Source: Opitutaceae bacterium (lineage in GTDB: Bacteria > Verrucomicrobiota > Verrucomicrobiia > Opitutales > Opitutaceae). Taken from it: a DNA stretch of 64,000 nt. Below are positions 28,425 through 37,897 of the stretch, piece by piece. How positions within the stretch are numbered: position 1 is the first letter of the stretch; every line of letters begins with the position of its first letter. The notes under the pieces are model-generated. The model did no database searches. It was given only the letters and a program-made list of their open reading frames with translations, and was not told where the DNA came from. The stretch is taken from NCBI GenBank assembly GCA_030648295.1, contig JAUSID010000128.1, positions 5,897 through 69,896 on the forward strand, read 5' to 3'. The translations under genes and the position numbers were made by a program.

Positions 28425-29282
28425 ATGACGAAACTCGTTCTCGCCACTCGTAAAAGCCCGCTCGCCCTCACCCAGACCGAGATGGTCGCGGCGCATTTGC
28501 GCAACCAGCTCGGCGTCGAAACCGAACTGATGAAGATTGTCACGACGGGCGATCGCCAGACGGAGTGGTCGCTCGAGCAACGCGGCGGCAAGGGGCTTTT
28601 CACCAGCGAACTCGAGGCGGCGATCCAACGGGGCGAGGCGGATGTCGCCGTGCACAGCACGAAGGATCTGCCGGGCGACATGCCGCCGGGGCTCGCCATC
28701 GGCGGCTACATGCCGCGCGCGGATGCGCGCGATGTGCTCGTGCTCCGGACTGGAATCGACACGCCGAAGTCCGTCGCCACCGGAAGCCCGCGGCGGCGGC
28801 TCCAGCTCAAGGCGATTTTTCCGCACGTGGAGTTCACCGAGATTCGCGGCAACGTGGACACGCGGCTGCGCAAGATCGGCGAGCAGGGCGTGGCCGACGG
28901 AACGATTCTCGCCGCGGCCGGCATGAAGCGGCTCGGAATTGACACGTGGCCCGGGGTGGATTTTCTGCCGCTGAATTTCGACCAGATGGTCCCGGCCGTG
29001 GGGCAGGGCGCGATCGCGGTTCAATGTCGCGAGGATGACGCGGCGAAGTTTGCGGCGGTCTTCGACGCCCTCACCATGCGCAACGTCACGCTCGAGCGCG
29101 CATTCCAGACGGCGCTCGGCGGCGGCTGCCATACCGCGTTTGCCGCGCATGTCGCGAATGACACGCTGTACCTGTTTCACGAGACGACCGGGCTGAGCAG
29201 CCACGCATTGACGGCGGCCGATTTCGCGGAACCGTCGGAAACTGCGGCGCGGGTTTTGAAGCAATTACAGCTCGTTCCGTAA
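28425..29282 (+). CDS. hemC: Hydroxymethylbilane synthase
   Basis: ATRKSPLAL, TTGD, KGLFT, VHSTKD, IRGNVDTRL, AVGQGA, GGC. Confidence 0.96.
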   Translation: MTKLVLATRKSPLALTQTEMVAAHLRNQLGVETELMKIVTTGDRQTEWSLEQRGGKGLFTSELEAAIQRGEADVAVHSTKDLPGDMPPGLAIGGYMPRADARDVLVLRTGIDTPKSVATGSPRRRLQLKAIFPHVEFTEIRGNVDTRLRKIGEQGVADGTILAAAGMKRLGIDTWPGVDFLPLNFDQMVPAVGQGAIAVQCREDDAAKFAAVFDALTMRNVTLERAFQTALGGGCHTAFAAHVANDTLYLFHETTGLSSHALTAADFAEPSETAARVLKQLQLVP

Positions 29283-29300
29283 AGAGTCCCGGCGATTCAA

Positions 29301-31541
29301 TCACACCGCCACCGACTGAAGCGTTGGGCGAACGGCCCTCGCCCGTTGCAGCAGATACGCGGCAAGATAGACGGCAAGCGCGAGCAGCAGGAGCGCCCGC
29401 AGGCCGACAATCATCGACAGAAACTCGCAGAGCCCGCCCGCGACGGCGCCAAGAAGATTCCAGCCGAACGCGTGCCCGACGTTGGCCCGGCTTTCATATA
29501 CTCGCGCAAATCCGGTTGCGGCGAACAACACCGGCGCGCCGACTGCTCCGATCGATAGCAGGATCCGGAGCGGCAGGCTCATCGTGAGCAGCCAGTCGCC
29601 CGGCAGAAAATAGAGTCCGGCCAGGCTGGCGGAAAGTCCGGTGATGCTGGTCCGAAGGCTCAACGGAAACCGCGAAAAAACAATCGTCCCGAGCAGCACG
29701 GTCAGGAGAATGGCGCCGAATACGACGGCGCTCGTAAGCCAGGTCGCGCCCCAGACGAGATTCATGGCCGTTACCGCGCGAGTTTCGAGCAGCAGGAAAC
29801 CCAGGCCGAAAAGGAACATCGGTCCGTCAACACCACCCCGGCGTACGGCGGCCAGGCGAAAATCACGCGAGGCAAAAAAGACTCCCGCGATGGCCAGCGC
29901 TGAAATCGAGGCGATGATCACCCGATAGAATGTGCTGAGGGAACGGCCGCTGAGATAAAGAAACGGCCAGTCGTCATCAGGCGGGGAATAAACGCGGGCA
30001 TACGCGCTGAAGAAGCGGAGCCGCTCATCCGCTCGATCCCGGTTGAGCGCGGCAAATGCAGGCCCGGTCATGAATATCGTGTTGAACAGCGTGTGATGTC
30101 CGTGATGCACCACCGGTGCATGGCCAAAGGCACGTGTCAGCATCGCTCCGATGCGAAGGCCGAGCGCCTCGTGACCCGTCATGAAATAGAGAATGAGCGC
30201 GCCATCGTCCGTCAGTCGCGTGCGCGCGGCCTGAAAGCAATTGGTCGTATAGACGAAATTGTCCAGGCGCACGTTGGACAACGCGGAGAGCCGCGTCATC
30301 GAATCGAGCGTTCCAAAAACGATCGTGTCGTAATGGTTCGGCGTTTCATTAAGGAACGCGCGGGCATCGCCGCTGATCAACCGCACGCGGGGTGAATCAT
30401 AGGGCCGATCGGGATGGATCTTGCGCCCAAGTTTGATGATCTCGGGATCGATTTCGACCGCGTCAACTGACTCCGCGCCTTCCTGGAGCAGGGTCGCGAC
30501 ATCATTGCCGGTGCCGGCTCCCAGCACGAGGGCGCGCCGGGGCTTGTGCCCCGACATCGTATACGGCAGATGGTAGCCGGCAGCGACGGTTGCATGGTAG
30601 CCACCCATGGCCGTGCTGAATGCCGTTTGGTGCAGCGATCCGTTGGCCAACACGTGCTCGGCCTGGTCGCCGCGCGTATGCGTCAAGGCATAGTAAGGAC
30701 TGTAGATTTGCGCCCGTTCGGAACGATAAACCACCGCGAGCAGCAGAATGCTGCATGCAATGTGGATCGCGAGCCGCGCCCGGGAGTGGCGAAATACGCC
30801 GGCTGCGCCGATGGCACCAAGCAGAAACCAATGGACGGGCTGGGCGCGGGAGAACGCCGCCAGCGCAAAGACACCGATGCCGAGCAATGAGCCGCCGAGG
30901 TCCCAGCAATAACCCTGTAGCCCATGTCCGAATTGCTGAAATGCGCGCAGGCGCTGCGCGATCATTTGTCCGGGCGGAATGAACGCCAGTACCGCCAGGA
31001 CGAAACAGGCGATTACCGGTGCGGCCACACTATCCACCACCGGTGCGTCCTTCGGCAGGTCATAGTAGAGAAGCCAGAGGTGCTCTTCCACGGCGGACGT
31101 TTGGGTGAACACAACCCGGCTCAGGCCAACGTAGGCGACCGCCAGCAACAGGAGGGCAGGCATCCACCACGAGGCCAGCGACCGGCCCTCCCCACGCAGA
31201 CAACCGATGCCCAAGCCCAAAAACGATCCGATCAAAATCAGGTTGGGAAAATAGGCGACGGCTCGCACCTGCGCTCCGGACCATCGGATGAGCGCAAGCT
31301 CGAGGAACAGAACGGTCGCGGAAATGAGGAACAATTCGACTTTGATGGCCCGGGGGGGAAGGGCGCCGGCGCGCGGCGGCTTTGCGTCCTTTGTTTCGGA
31401 TGCCAGCGAGTGCGAATACACGCTCGGCAACGTAGGTTTCGAGCCGGCGGGAGCGAGCCGCAATATCCCAGGATGCTTGATCCAGCGCCTCGTTCTCTCC
31501 TGTTGCTCGAATCGCAATGTTGATGACAATCGCATCACCAT
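29301..31541 (-). CDS. Membrane protein with central spermidine-synthase-like SAM methyltransferase domain
   Basis: TM helices flanking LVLGAGTGND...VEID...GDAR; start codon uncertain. Confidence 0.8.
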   Translation of the reverse strand: MVMRLSSTLRFEQQERTRRWIKHPGILRLAPAGSKPTLPSVYSHSLASETKDAKPPRAGALPPRAIKVELFLISATVLFLELALIRWSGAQVRAVAYFPNLILIGSFLGLGIGCLRGEGRSLASWWMPALLLLAVAYVGLSRVVFTQTSAVEEHLWLLYYDLPKDAPVVDSVAAPVIACFVLAVLAFIPPGQMIAQRLRAFQQFGHGLQGYCWDLGGSLLGIGVFALAAFSRAQPVHWFLLGAIGAAGVFRHSRARLAIHIACSILLLAVVYRSERAQIYSPYYALTHTRGDQAEHVLANGSLHQTAFSTAMGGYHATVAAGYHLPYTMSGHKPRRALVLGAGTGNDVATLLQEGAESVDAVEIDPEIIKLGRKIHPDRPYDSPRVRLISGDARAFLNETPNHYDTIVFGTLDSMTRLSALSNVRLDNFVYTTNCFQAARTRLTDDGALILYFMTGHEALGLRIGAMLTRAFGHAPVVHHGHHTLFNTIFMTGPAFAALNRDRADERLRFFSAYARVYSPPDDDWPFLYLSGRSLSTFYRVIIASISALAIAGVFFASRDFRLAAVRRGGVDGPMFLFGLGFLLLETRAVTAMNLVWGATWLTSAVVFGAILLTVLLGTIVFSRFPLSLRTSITGLSASLAGLYFLPGDWLLTMSLPLRILLSIGAVGAPVLFAATGFARVYESRANVGHAFGWNLLGAVAGGLCEFLSMIVGLRALLLLALAVYLAAYLLQRARAVRPTLQSVAV

Positions 31542-31554
31542 TTCTCCAACTACG

Positions 31555-32349
31555 ATGCCCTCCGTTCATCCACTCCGCGGCCGACGAATCGCGGTCACGC
31601 GTGCACGCGAGCAAGCGTCCGAGCTCGCAACGAAACTCGGCGCTCTCGGCGCCGAAGTGGTCGAGCTTCCGCTGATTCAGGTTTCAAAACACATCGACCA
31701 GCAGATGCTCGACGACGTGCTGGCGGAGCTGGGCACCTACGACTGGATTGTTTTCACCAGCGCGAACGGCGTCCGGTATTTCTTCGAGGAGTATCATCGC
31801 AAGTTCGACGACATCCGTGCCCTGGGGCTGCTGCGGTTCGCCTGCGTCGGCGACGCGACGGGCCGGTTGATCACCGAGCTGCATATCCGGATCGAATGTC
31901 AGCCGAAGATTGCCACGGCGGAAGCGCTGGCGGACGAACTCGTTGCCACCGGCAGCCTCGACAGCGCGAAGATGCTCGTCATCACCGGCAATCTGAACCG
32001 CGACACGCTGACGAAGAAGCTCGAGGAGGCGCGCGCGATTGTTGACCAGCTCCAGGTATACAAGACGGAAAAAACCGATCTCGGCTCAAACGCGGCGGCG
32101 GCGGATTTTCGCGCGCGCGGCGCGGATGCAATCCTGTTTGCGAGTTCGTCGGCGGTGCAATCGTTCGTCGATCAAGCCGCGTCGCTCAAGCTCGCGAAAG
32201 ACGCGCGGCGGCCGCTCGCGGGCAGCATCGGTCCGCAGACGAGCGAGAAGATGAAAACGGTCGGCATGCCGATCGATTTTGAAGCGAAGACGCCGAGCCT
32301 CGAAGCCCTGGTCGACGCGTTGGTGAAGAAATTAGCGGGCAACTCATGA
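31555..32349 (+). CDS. hemD: Uroporphyrinogen-III synthase
   Basis: IAVTRAREQ, YDWIVFTSANGV, FASSSAV, IGPQT. Confidence 0.93.
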   Translation: MPSVHPLRGRRIAVTRAREQASELATKLGALGAEVVELPLIQVSKHIDQQMLDDVLAELGTYDWIVFTSANGVRYFFEEYHRKFDDIRALGLLRFACVGDATGRLITELHIRIECQPKIATAEALADELVATGSLDSAKMLVITGNLNRDTLTKKLEEARAIVDQLQVYKTEKTDLGSNAAAADFRARGADAILFASSSAVQSFVDQAASLKLAKDARRPLAGSIGPQTSEKMKTVGMPIDFEAKTPSLEALVDALVKKLAGNS

Positions 32350-33479
32350 AGGTTCCGTTCCTCGATCTCTCGCTCCAGCATCGCGCCCTCCGCGAGCCGG
32401 CGCTCGCCGCGCTGACCGCGACGTACGACGCGACGCGATTCTGCCTTGGCAAGGATGTCGAGGATTTCGAGCGCAACTTTGGCGCAACGCTCGGCTATCC
32501 GCGCGTACTTGGGATGAACAGCGGCACATCGCCGCTCCATGTTGCGTGCCTGGTCGGCGGGTTCGGTCCCGGCGATGAAGTGATTACGACGCCGTTCACC
32601 TTCATTTCATCCGCCTGGGGCATAAGCTATGTCGGCGCGAAACCGGTGTTCGTGGACATCGAAGAAGGCACCTTCAACCTGGCCCCGGCGAAGATCGCCG
32701 CCGCCATCACGCCGCGCACGAAGGGGATCATCGTCGTGCATCTCTTCGGTCAACCCGCGCGCATGGACGAGATCATGGCGGTCGCCAGGAAGCATAATCT
32801 TTTTGCGATCGAGGATTGCGCCCAAGCCATCGGTGCGCGCTACCTGGGAACGTCAGCCGCCGCCGGGAGCGCGGGCGTCCCGCCCGCCACGCCCGTCGGA
32901 CTGATCGGCGATGTCGGTACCTTCAGTTTCTATCCCACGAAAAATCTCGGCGCATGCGGTGAGGGTGGAGCGTTCGTGTCGCGCGACGAAGCGATTCAAA
33001 CGAAAGCGCGACACATTCGCGTGCATGGATCGGACCGCCGCTATTACCACGACATCGTCGGCGGCAATTTCCGGATGGATGGCTTCCAGGGTGCGCTGCT
33101 CAACGTGAAGCTGCCCCACCTCGGGCGCTGGACGGCGCGCCGGCAGGAAATCGCCGGACGCTTTCTTGCGGGGATCAAGCTCAGCGACCTCCGAATGCCC
33201 GAGCAGCCGGCATACGGCCGCTCCGTGCTTCACCAATTCACCGTGCGCCATCCGCGTCGCGATGCGCTGCGCGAGCACCTGGCGAAACAGGAGATTGGCA
33301 CCGACCTGATCTATCCGGTGCCGCTGCACCTGCAGAAATGTTATTCGGGTCTCGGCTACGGCCGCGGCGCTTTCCCCGTGGCCGAGCGGGCGGCCGACAC
33401 CTGTGTGAGCCTGCCGATTTTCCCCGAACTCACCGATGCGCAGGTCGACCATGTGATCAAGGCCATCAATTCATTCTAG
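32346..33479 (+). CDS. DegT/DnrJ/EryC1/StrS PLP aminotransferase with a short insert
   Basis: NSGT, EDCAQAIG, SFYPTKNLGACGEGG, SLPIFP. Confidence 0.93.
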   Translation: MKVPFLDLSLQHRALREPALAALTATYDATRFCLGKDVEDFERNFGATLGYPRVLGMNSGTSPLHVACLVGGFGPGDEVITTPFTFISSAWGISYVGAKPVFVDIEEGTFNLAPAKIAAAITPRTKGIIVVHLFGQPARMDEIMAVARKHNLFAIEDCAQAIGARYLGTSAAAGSAGVPPATPVGLIGDVGTFSFYPTKNLGACGEGGAFVSRDEAIQTKARHIRVHGSDRRYYHDIVGGNFRMDGFQGALLNVKLPHLGRWTARRQEIAGRFLAGIKLSDLRMPEQPAYGRSVLHQFTVRHPRRDALREHLAKQEIGTDLIYPVPLHLQKCYSGLGYGRGAFPVAERAADTCVSLPIFPELTDAQVDHVIKAINSF

Positions 33480-33554
33480 GCCCACCAAACACGCGGCTGG
33501 CGCGAAAGTAGTTTTGTTTTTCGCGGGTTTGGTGTGTTTCGTGGGTTCATCCCG

Positions 33555-34214
33555 ATGATCGACGGCATTCGCTTCAAGGTTTGTGGGCTCACTTCGCTCG
33601 TCGACGCGGAGTTCGCGGATCGCTGCGGCGCGGATTACCTCGGATTCAACTTTTATCCGCAATCGCCGCGCTGCATCTCGCTGGCTCAGTACAAGGCGAT
33701 GGCGCCGCGGCTGCCGGATCGCCGCAAAGTCGCGGTTTCGGTCGAGCCCGCGATCGAGGAGCTCACCGCGATGCGCGGTGCCGGCTTCGATTATTTCCAG
33801 ATCCATTTCCGGCTGGAAACGCCGGCGGAGACGTTGGCGGAGTGGTCCCGGTTGGTGGGGAAAAAGCACTTGTGGCTCGCACCGAAACTGCCGCCCGAGT
33901 CGGATGTCTCGATGGCGGCACTGGCCGTCGCGAAGTTCATCATGCTCGACACGTTTCACGCCGAGGGGTTCGGCGGCTCGGGCCGCGTCGGCGATTGGGA
34001 AAAGTTCGCCCGTCTCCAATCCGCCCATACAAAGAATTTCTGGATCCTCGCCGGCGGGCTGAACCCGGAAAACATTGGCGACGCGATCCGGCGCAGCGGC
34101 GCGCGTTTCGTCGATGTCAACAGCGGCGTGGAGTCCGCGCCCGGCATCAAGGACGAGGCGAAGCTCAAGGCCTTCGTCGTCGCCCTGCATCGCGCCGCCG
34201 GCGATCGGCGATAA
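33555..34214 (+). CDS. trpF: Phosphoribosylanthranilate isomerase
   Basis: KVCGLT, GFNFYPQSPR, GGSG, LAGGLNPEN, DVNSGVE. Confidence 0.95.
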   Translation: MIDGIRFKVCGLTSLVDAEFADRCGADYLGFNFYPQSPRCISLAQYKAMAPRLPDRRKVAVSVEPAIEELTAMRGAGFDYFQIHFRLETPAETLAEWSRLVGKKHLWLAPKLPPESDVSMAALAVAKFIMLDTFHAEGFGGSGRVGDWEKFARLQSAHTKNFWILAGGLNPENIGDAIRRSGARFVDVNSGVESAPGIKDEAKLKAFVVALHRAAGDRR

Positions 34215-34293
34215 GCCCTCCGTCGATCCCATCCCGCGCCGCTGTTCCCCGTGCGCGCCCTTCGTGCCGGAACACCACCGTAACGCCTCACCA

Positions 34294-34316
34294 TTTGTCA
34301 TCTATTAGATGACAAA
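34294..34316. promoter_or_regulatory. AT-rich perfect palindrome (operator or repeat element)
   Basis: TTTGTCATCTA-T-TAGATGACAAA, with a second TGTCATCTA half-site a few bp downstream. Confidence 0.5.
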
Positions 34317-34434
34317 CGCCTCCACCGCCGATGTCATCTAGCGGAAGACAGCGGGCTTTTGGATCTTGGCCGCGCCGAGCAGGCCAACGATCCGCTTGCA
34401 AGGGTCACGAGTCCGTTGGTTAGTTCCGCCCTTC

Positions 34435-37035
34435 ATGTCACCGCGCGAGCTGCCGATCTACGAACTCGAGCATGCGGTCGTGGCGTCGCTGCGTTCGCAG
34501 GGCCGGCTGATCGTACAGGCGCCGACCGGCTCCGGCAAATCGACGCAGATCCCGCAGATGCTCTGGCGGCACGGGCTGCTCGGTGACCGCGGGGAAGTTG
34601 TCGTGCTCCAGCCCCGGCGGCTGGCGGCGCGGCTGCTGGCCAAACGCGTGGCGGAGGAGGCGGGCACTAACCTTGGCGAGGGCGTCGGGTACCAAATCCG
34701 GCTGGAGTCGCGCGTTAGCGAGCGGACACGGATCCGTTTCGTGACCGAGGGAATTCTTCTCCGGCAGATGTCGTTCGATACGTCGCTGCGCGGAATCGCG
34801 GCCATCATATTCGACGAGTTCCACGAGCGGCATCTTTATGGCGACATCTCGCTGGCGCGCGCGGTGCAGATTCAGCAAACCATCCGGCCGGAGCTGAAGA
34901 TCATCGTCATGTCCGCGACGCTCGATGCCGGCGCGCTGAAAAACTATCTCGCGCCTTGCGAGGTGCTCGGGTCGGAGGGCCGCAGTTTTCCGGTGCGAAT
35001 CGAGTACCTGCCGAAGGCGGTGAATTTCGACCAGGAGCCGGTTTGGGAAATCGCGGCGAGGGAGTGCGAGCGCGTGGCGTCCGAATCGGGCGGCGACATG
35101 CTGGTCTTCATGCCCGGCGGCTATGAAATCAGCCGCACCGTCCAGGCGCTCCAGGGAACGCGGGTGCTTCGTGATTTCGTGGTTTTCCCTTTGCATGGCG
35201 AATTGCCGCCGGAGCAGCAGGACCGCGCAGTGGCGCGCTACGATTCGCGCAAAATTATCGTCTCGACGAACGTGGCTGAAACATCGCTCACGATCGAGGG
35301 GGTCACGACCGTCATTGACAGCGGACTGGCGCGCATGGCGCGTTTCGACCCGCATCGCGGAATCAACACGCTGTTGATCGAAAAGATATCGGCCGCGAGC
35401 GCGGATCAGCGCGCCGGCCGGGCGGGCCGCACCGCTCCTGGCGTTTGCGTGCGGCTGTGGACGCAGCGCGAGCACGCGCAGCGCCCGCCGCAGGAGCTGC
35501 CCGAGGTGAAGCGGCTCGATTTGTCCGAGGTCGTCCTGACGCTCAAGGCGAGCGGGATCGACGATGTATTCAGTTTTCCGTGGCTGGAAAAACCCGACGT
35601 CAAGGCGCTCGAGCGGGCGGAGATGTTGCTGGCCGACCTGGGGGCGATTGGGAGTGGCACGGGCGTCTTGCCCGTGAGTTCTTCCGATTCAGATCACGGG
35701 CGGGACGCCTGTGCCACTTCAATCACGGAAGTCGGCCGGAAGATGCTCCGGTTCCCGGTGCACCCACGTTATGCGCGGATGTTTCTCGCCGGGCAGGAGC
35801 GCGGCTGCGTGCGATCGGTCGCACTGATGGCGGCGCTCACGCAGGGGCGCAATTTTCTCCTGCGCGGGGTCCCGCGCGAGGTGGAGGACGCGCGCGAGGA
35901 TGTTCTGGGCGAGGAGCACGAGAGCGATTTTTTCCTGCTCATGCGCGCGTGGCGCTATGCCGACAAGGCAAACTACTCGCTCGATGCGTGCCGCCGGCTC
36001 GGCATCCACGCGCAAGGTGCGCGGCAGGTGGGGCCGTTGTTCGAGCAGTTTCTCGATATCGCGGAGAAGGAGGGACTCGACGTGAGCGAACGCCGGACCG
36101 ACGGCGCCGAAGCGCGCAAATGCGTGCTGGCCGGTTTTTCGGATCAGCTCGCAAAGCGGCTCGATGCGGGGACGCTGCGCTGCGAACTGGTGCACAACCG
36201 GCGTGGGCTCCTGGCGCGAGAAAGCACGATTCAGAAAGCGCCCCTTTTCGTCGCGGCCGAAATCAGCGAGATCGAGGGCCGGGGCGGCGAGATCAACGTA
36301 TTGTTGTCGCTCGGCACCGCGGTGGAGGAGTCGTGGCTGAAGGAGATATTTCCCGCGGATTATCGCGAGACCAGCGGTGTCGTCTACGACGAGCACGCCA
36401 AACGGGTGATGTCGCGGCGGGAGCGGTGTTTTCGGGATCTCGTGCTCGAGGCGAAATCCAGCAGCGATGAAGCGCCGCTCGACGCCGCGGCCGCCTTGCT
36501 CACCAGGGAAGTCGTCGCCGGCCGGCTCAAGCTCGAAGGCTGGGACGAAAACGTCGAGCAGTGGATCACGCGCGTGAACCGGCTGGCGGAATGGATTCCC
36601 GAACTCGAGGTGAACCCGATCACCGAAGCGGATCGCGCGACGCTGATCGAGCAGGTGTGCTACGGCGAGCTCGGGTATCGGGGAATCAAGGACAAGCCGG
36701 TGATGCCGGTGCTCCGCGACTGGCTCACGGTCGAGCAACTCGGCGCCTTGGAGTCGTATCTGCCGGAACGGCTCACGATGGCGAATGGCCGCCGCTCGCG
36801 GGTGACGTATTTCAACGAGGGGCCGCCCGTGCTCAGCGCGCGGATCCAGGAGTTGTACGGGATCGAGGGAAGATTCGCCGTCGGGCACGGCCGGGTGCCG
36901 GTGAAGATCGAGGTGCTCGCGCCGAACCAGCGGCCGATTCAGGTCACGGACGACCTCACGAATTTCTGGCGCGAGGTGTATCCGAAGATCAAGCCCGAGC
37001 TGTCACGCCGCTACCCGCGGCACGAATGGAGATAG
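34435..37035 (+). CDS. hrpB: ATP-dependent RNA helicase HrpB
   Basis: APTGSGKST, DEFHER, MSAT, STNVAETSLT, QRAGRAGR, C-terminal ELSRRYPRHEW. Confidence 0.95.
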   Translation: MSPRELPIYELEHAVVASLRSQGRLIVQAPTGSGKSTQIPQMLWRHGLLGDRGEVVVLQPRRLAARLLAKRVAEEAGTNLGEGVGYQIRLESRVSERTRIRFVTEGILLRQMSFDTSLRGIAAIIFDEFHERHLYGDISLARAVQIQQTIRPELKIIVMSATLDAGALKNYLAPCEVLGSEGRSFPVRIEYLPKAVNFDQEPVWEIAARECERVASESGGDMLVFMPGGYEISRTVQALQGTRVLRDFVVFPLHGELPPEQQDRAVARYDSRKIIVSTNVAETSLTIEGVTTVIDSGLARMARFDPHRGINTLLIEKISAASADQRAGRAGRTAPGVCVRLWTQREHAQRPPQELPEVKRLDLSEVVLTLKASGIDDVFSFPWLEKPDVKALERAEMLLADLGAIGSGTGVLPVSSSDSDHGRDACATSITEVGRKMLRFPVHPRYARMFLAGQERGCVRSVALMAALTQGRNFLLRGVPREVEDAREDVLGEEHESDFFLLMRAWRYADKANYSLDACRRLGIHAQGARQVGPLFEQFLDIAEKEGLDVSERRTDGAEARKCVLAGFSDQLAKRLDAGTLRCELVHNRRGLLARESTIQKAPLFVAAEISEIEGRGGEINVLLSLGTAVEESWLKEIFPADYRETSGVVYDEHAKRVMSRRERCFRDLVLEAKSSSDEAPLDAAAALLTREVVAGRLKLEGWDENVEQWITRVNRLAEWIPELEVNPITEADRATLIEQVCYGELGYRGIKDKPVMPVLRDWLTVEQLGALESYLPERLTMANGRRSRVTYFNEGPPVLSARIQELYGIEGRFAVGHGRVPVKIEVLAPNQRPIQVTDDLTNFWREVYPKIKPELSRRYPRHEWR
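35653..35718. repeat. REP-like palindrome inserted in frame in hrpB
   Basis: AGTGGCACGGGCGTCTTGCCCGTGA ... TCACGGGCGGGACGCCTGTGCCACT: 25-bp arms, 66 nt total. Confidence 0.85.
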
Positions 37036-37042
37036 GCCTGGG

Positions 37043-37485
37043 GCAGTCACGCGTTGCGACCTGTGATTGGCGCGCGTACAGCCGGTGCACGCACTGGGCC
37101 AGCAGCGCCAGCATCGACTCCGGGAACGCGAGCAGGAACCGTTTGAAGTACTTGTAGTCGAGCGTCAGCACGCTGGTCGGTCCGCACGCCCGAAGCGTGG
37201 CCGACCGGCCCTCGGAAAGGAACATGCCGTATTCGCCCACGATATCGCCAACGCGGCGCCGGACGGTAGGTGTAGGCGCCGCGGGCAAACGGATCGGAAT
37301 TCCAGCGGGTCACCTGGAGTTTGCGTGGCGCCGGCGCGTCGGGCCCGAACATCTCGCGCAACACCCGCCCGCTCCACGCGCTCACCTGCGCTTCCGGCCA
37401 TTGCTCGATTTCGCGACCGCGTTCGCCGCCGATTGAGACCGGACAACCCGGCGCCAATGACAATGACCTTCTGCTTTGCTGACAT
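37043..37485 (-). pseudogene. Deleted remnant of a flavin amine oxidase with a cNMP-binding domain
   Basis: MSAKQKVIVIGAGLSGL, then TRWNSDPFARGAYTY, then GDIVGEYGMFLSEGRSATL, in different frames within ~450 bp. Confidence 0.7.
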
Positions 37486-37897
37486 GTGGGATTCGAGGTT
37501 GCTGCCAACGTGAACAAGGCTCCTCGACGGTCGAGAAGCGACGGGGTGGGGCGTCGGATTAGACCCGGCTTCCGAGACAATTCAAGTACCTCGGTGCGTT
37601 CGCTTTCGCGAACGGCGGCGATTGGGGCCAGGGCAGCCGCCCGCGGAGGCGCCGACATCAAGCCGGGCCCCGCCGGCCAGCGCGCGGGTACCGCCCCGGC
37701 AAACGCTCAGCCCGCACCGGGGAAACAGCACCACCCAGGAACGCGGGAACCGGCGTGTTATCGCGCCGCTATCCGCGGCACGAGTGGCGGTAGCCGGGCA
37801 CGGCGATTGGAGCACCCGCAGTCAAGATGCGCCCAACGCGCCGGGGCTTCCCGCGAGCGGTTGACAATGGCAGACAGGTTTGCACCGTGGCGCGATT

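Noticed and set aside
31510-31545. Fur-box-like sequence upstream of hemD
   Set aside because: Too many mismatches to GATAATGATAATCATTATC to call by eye.
37861-37895. Sigma70 promoter from TTGACA at 37861
   Set aside because: No convincing -10 hexamer at 16-18 bp spacing.
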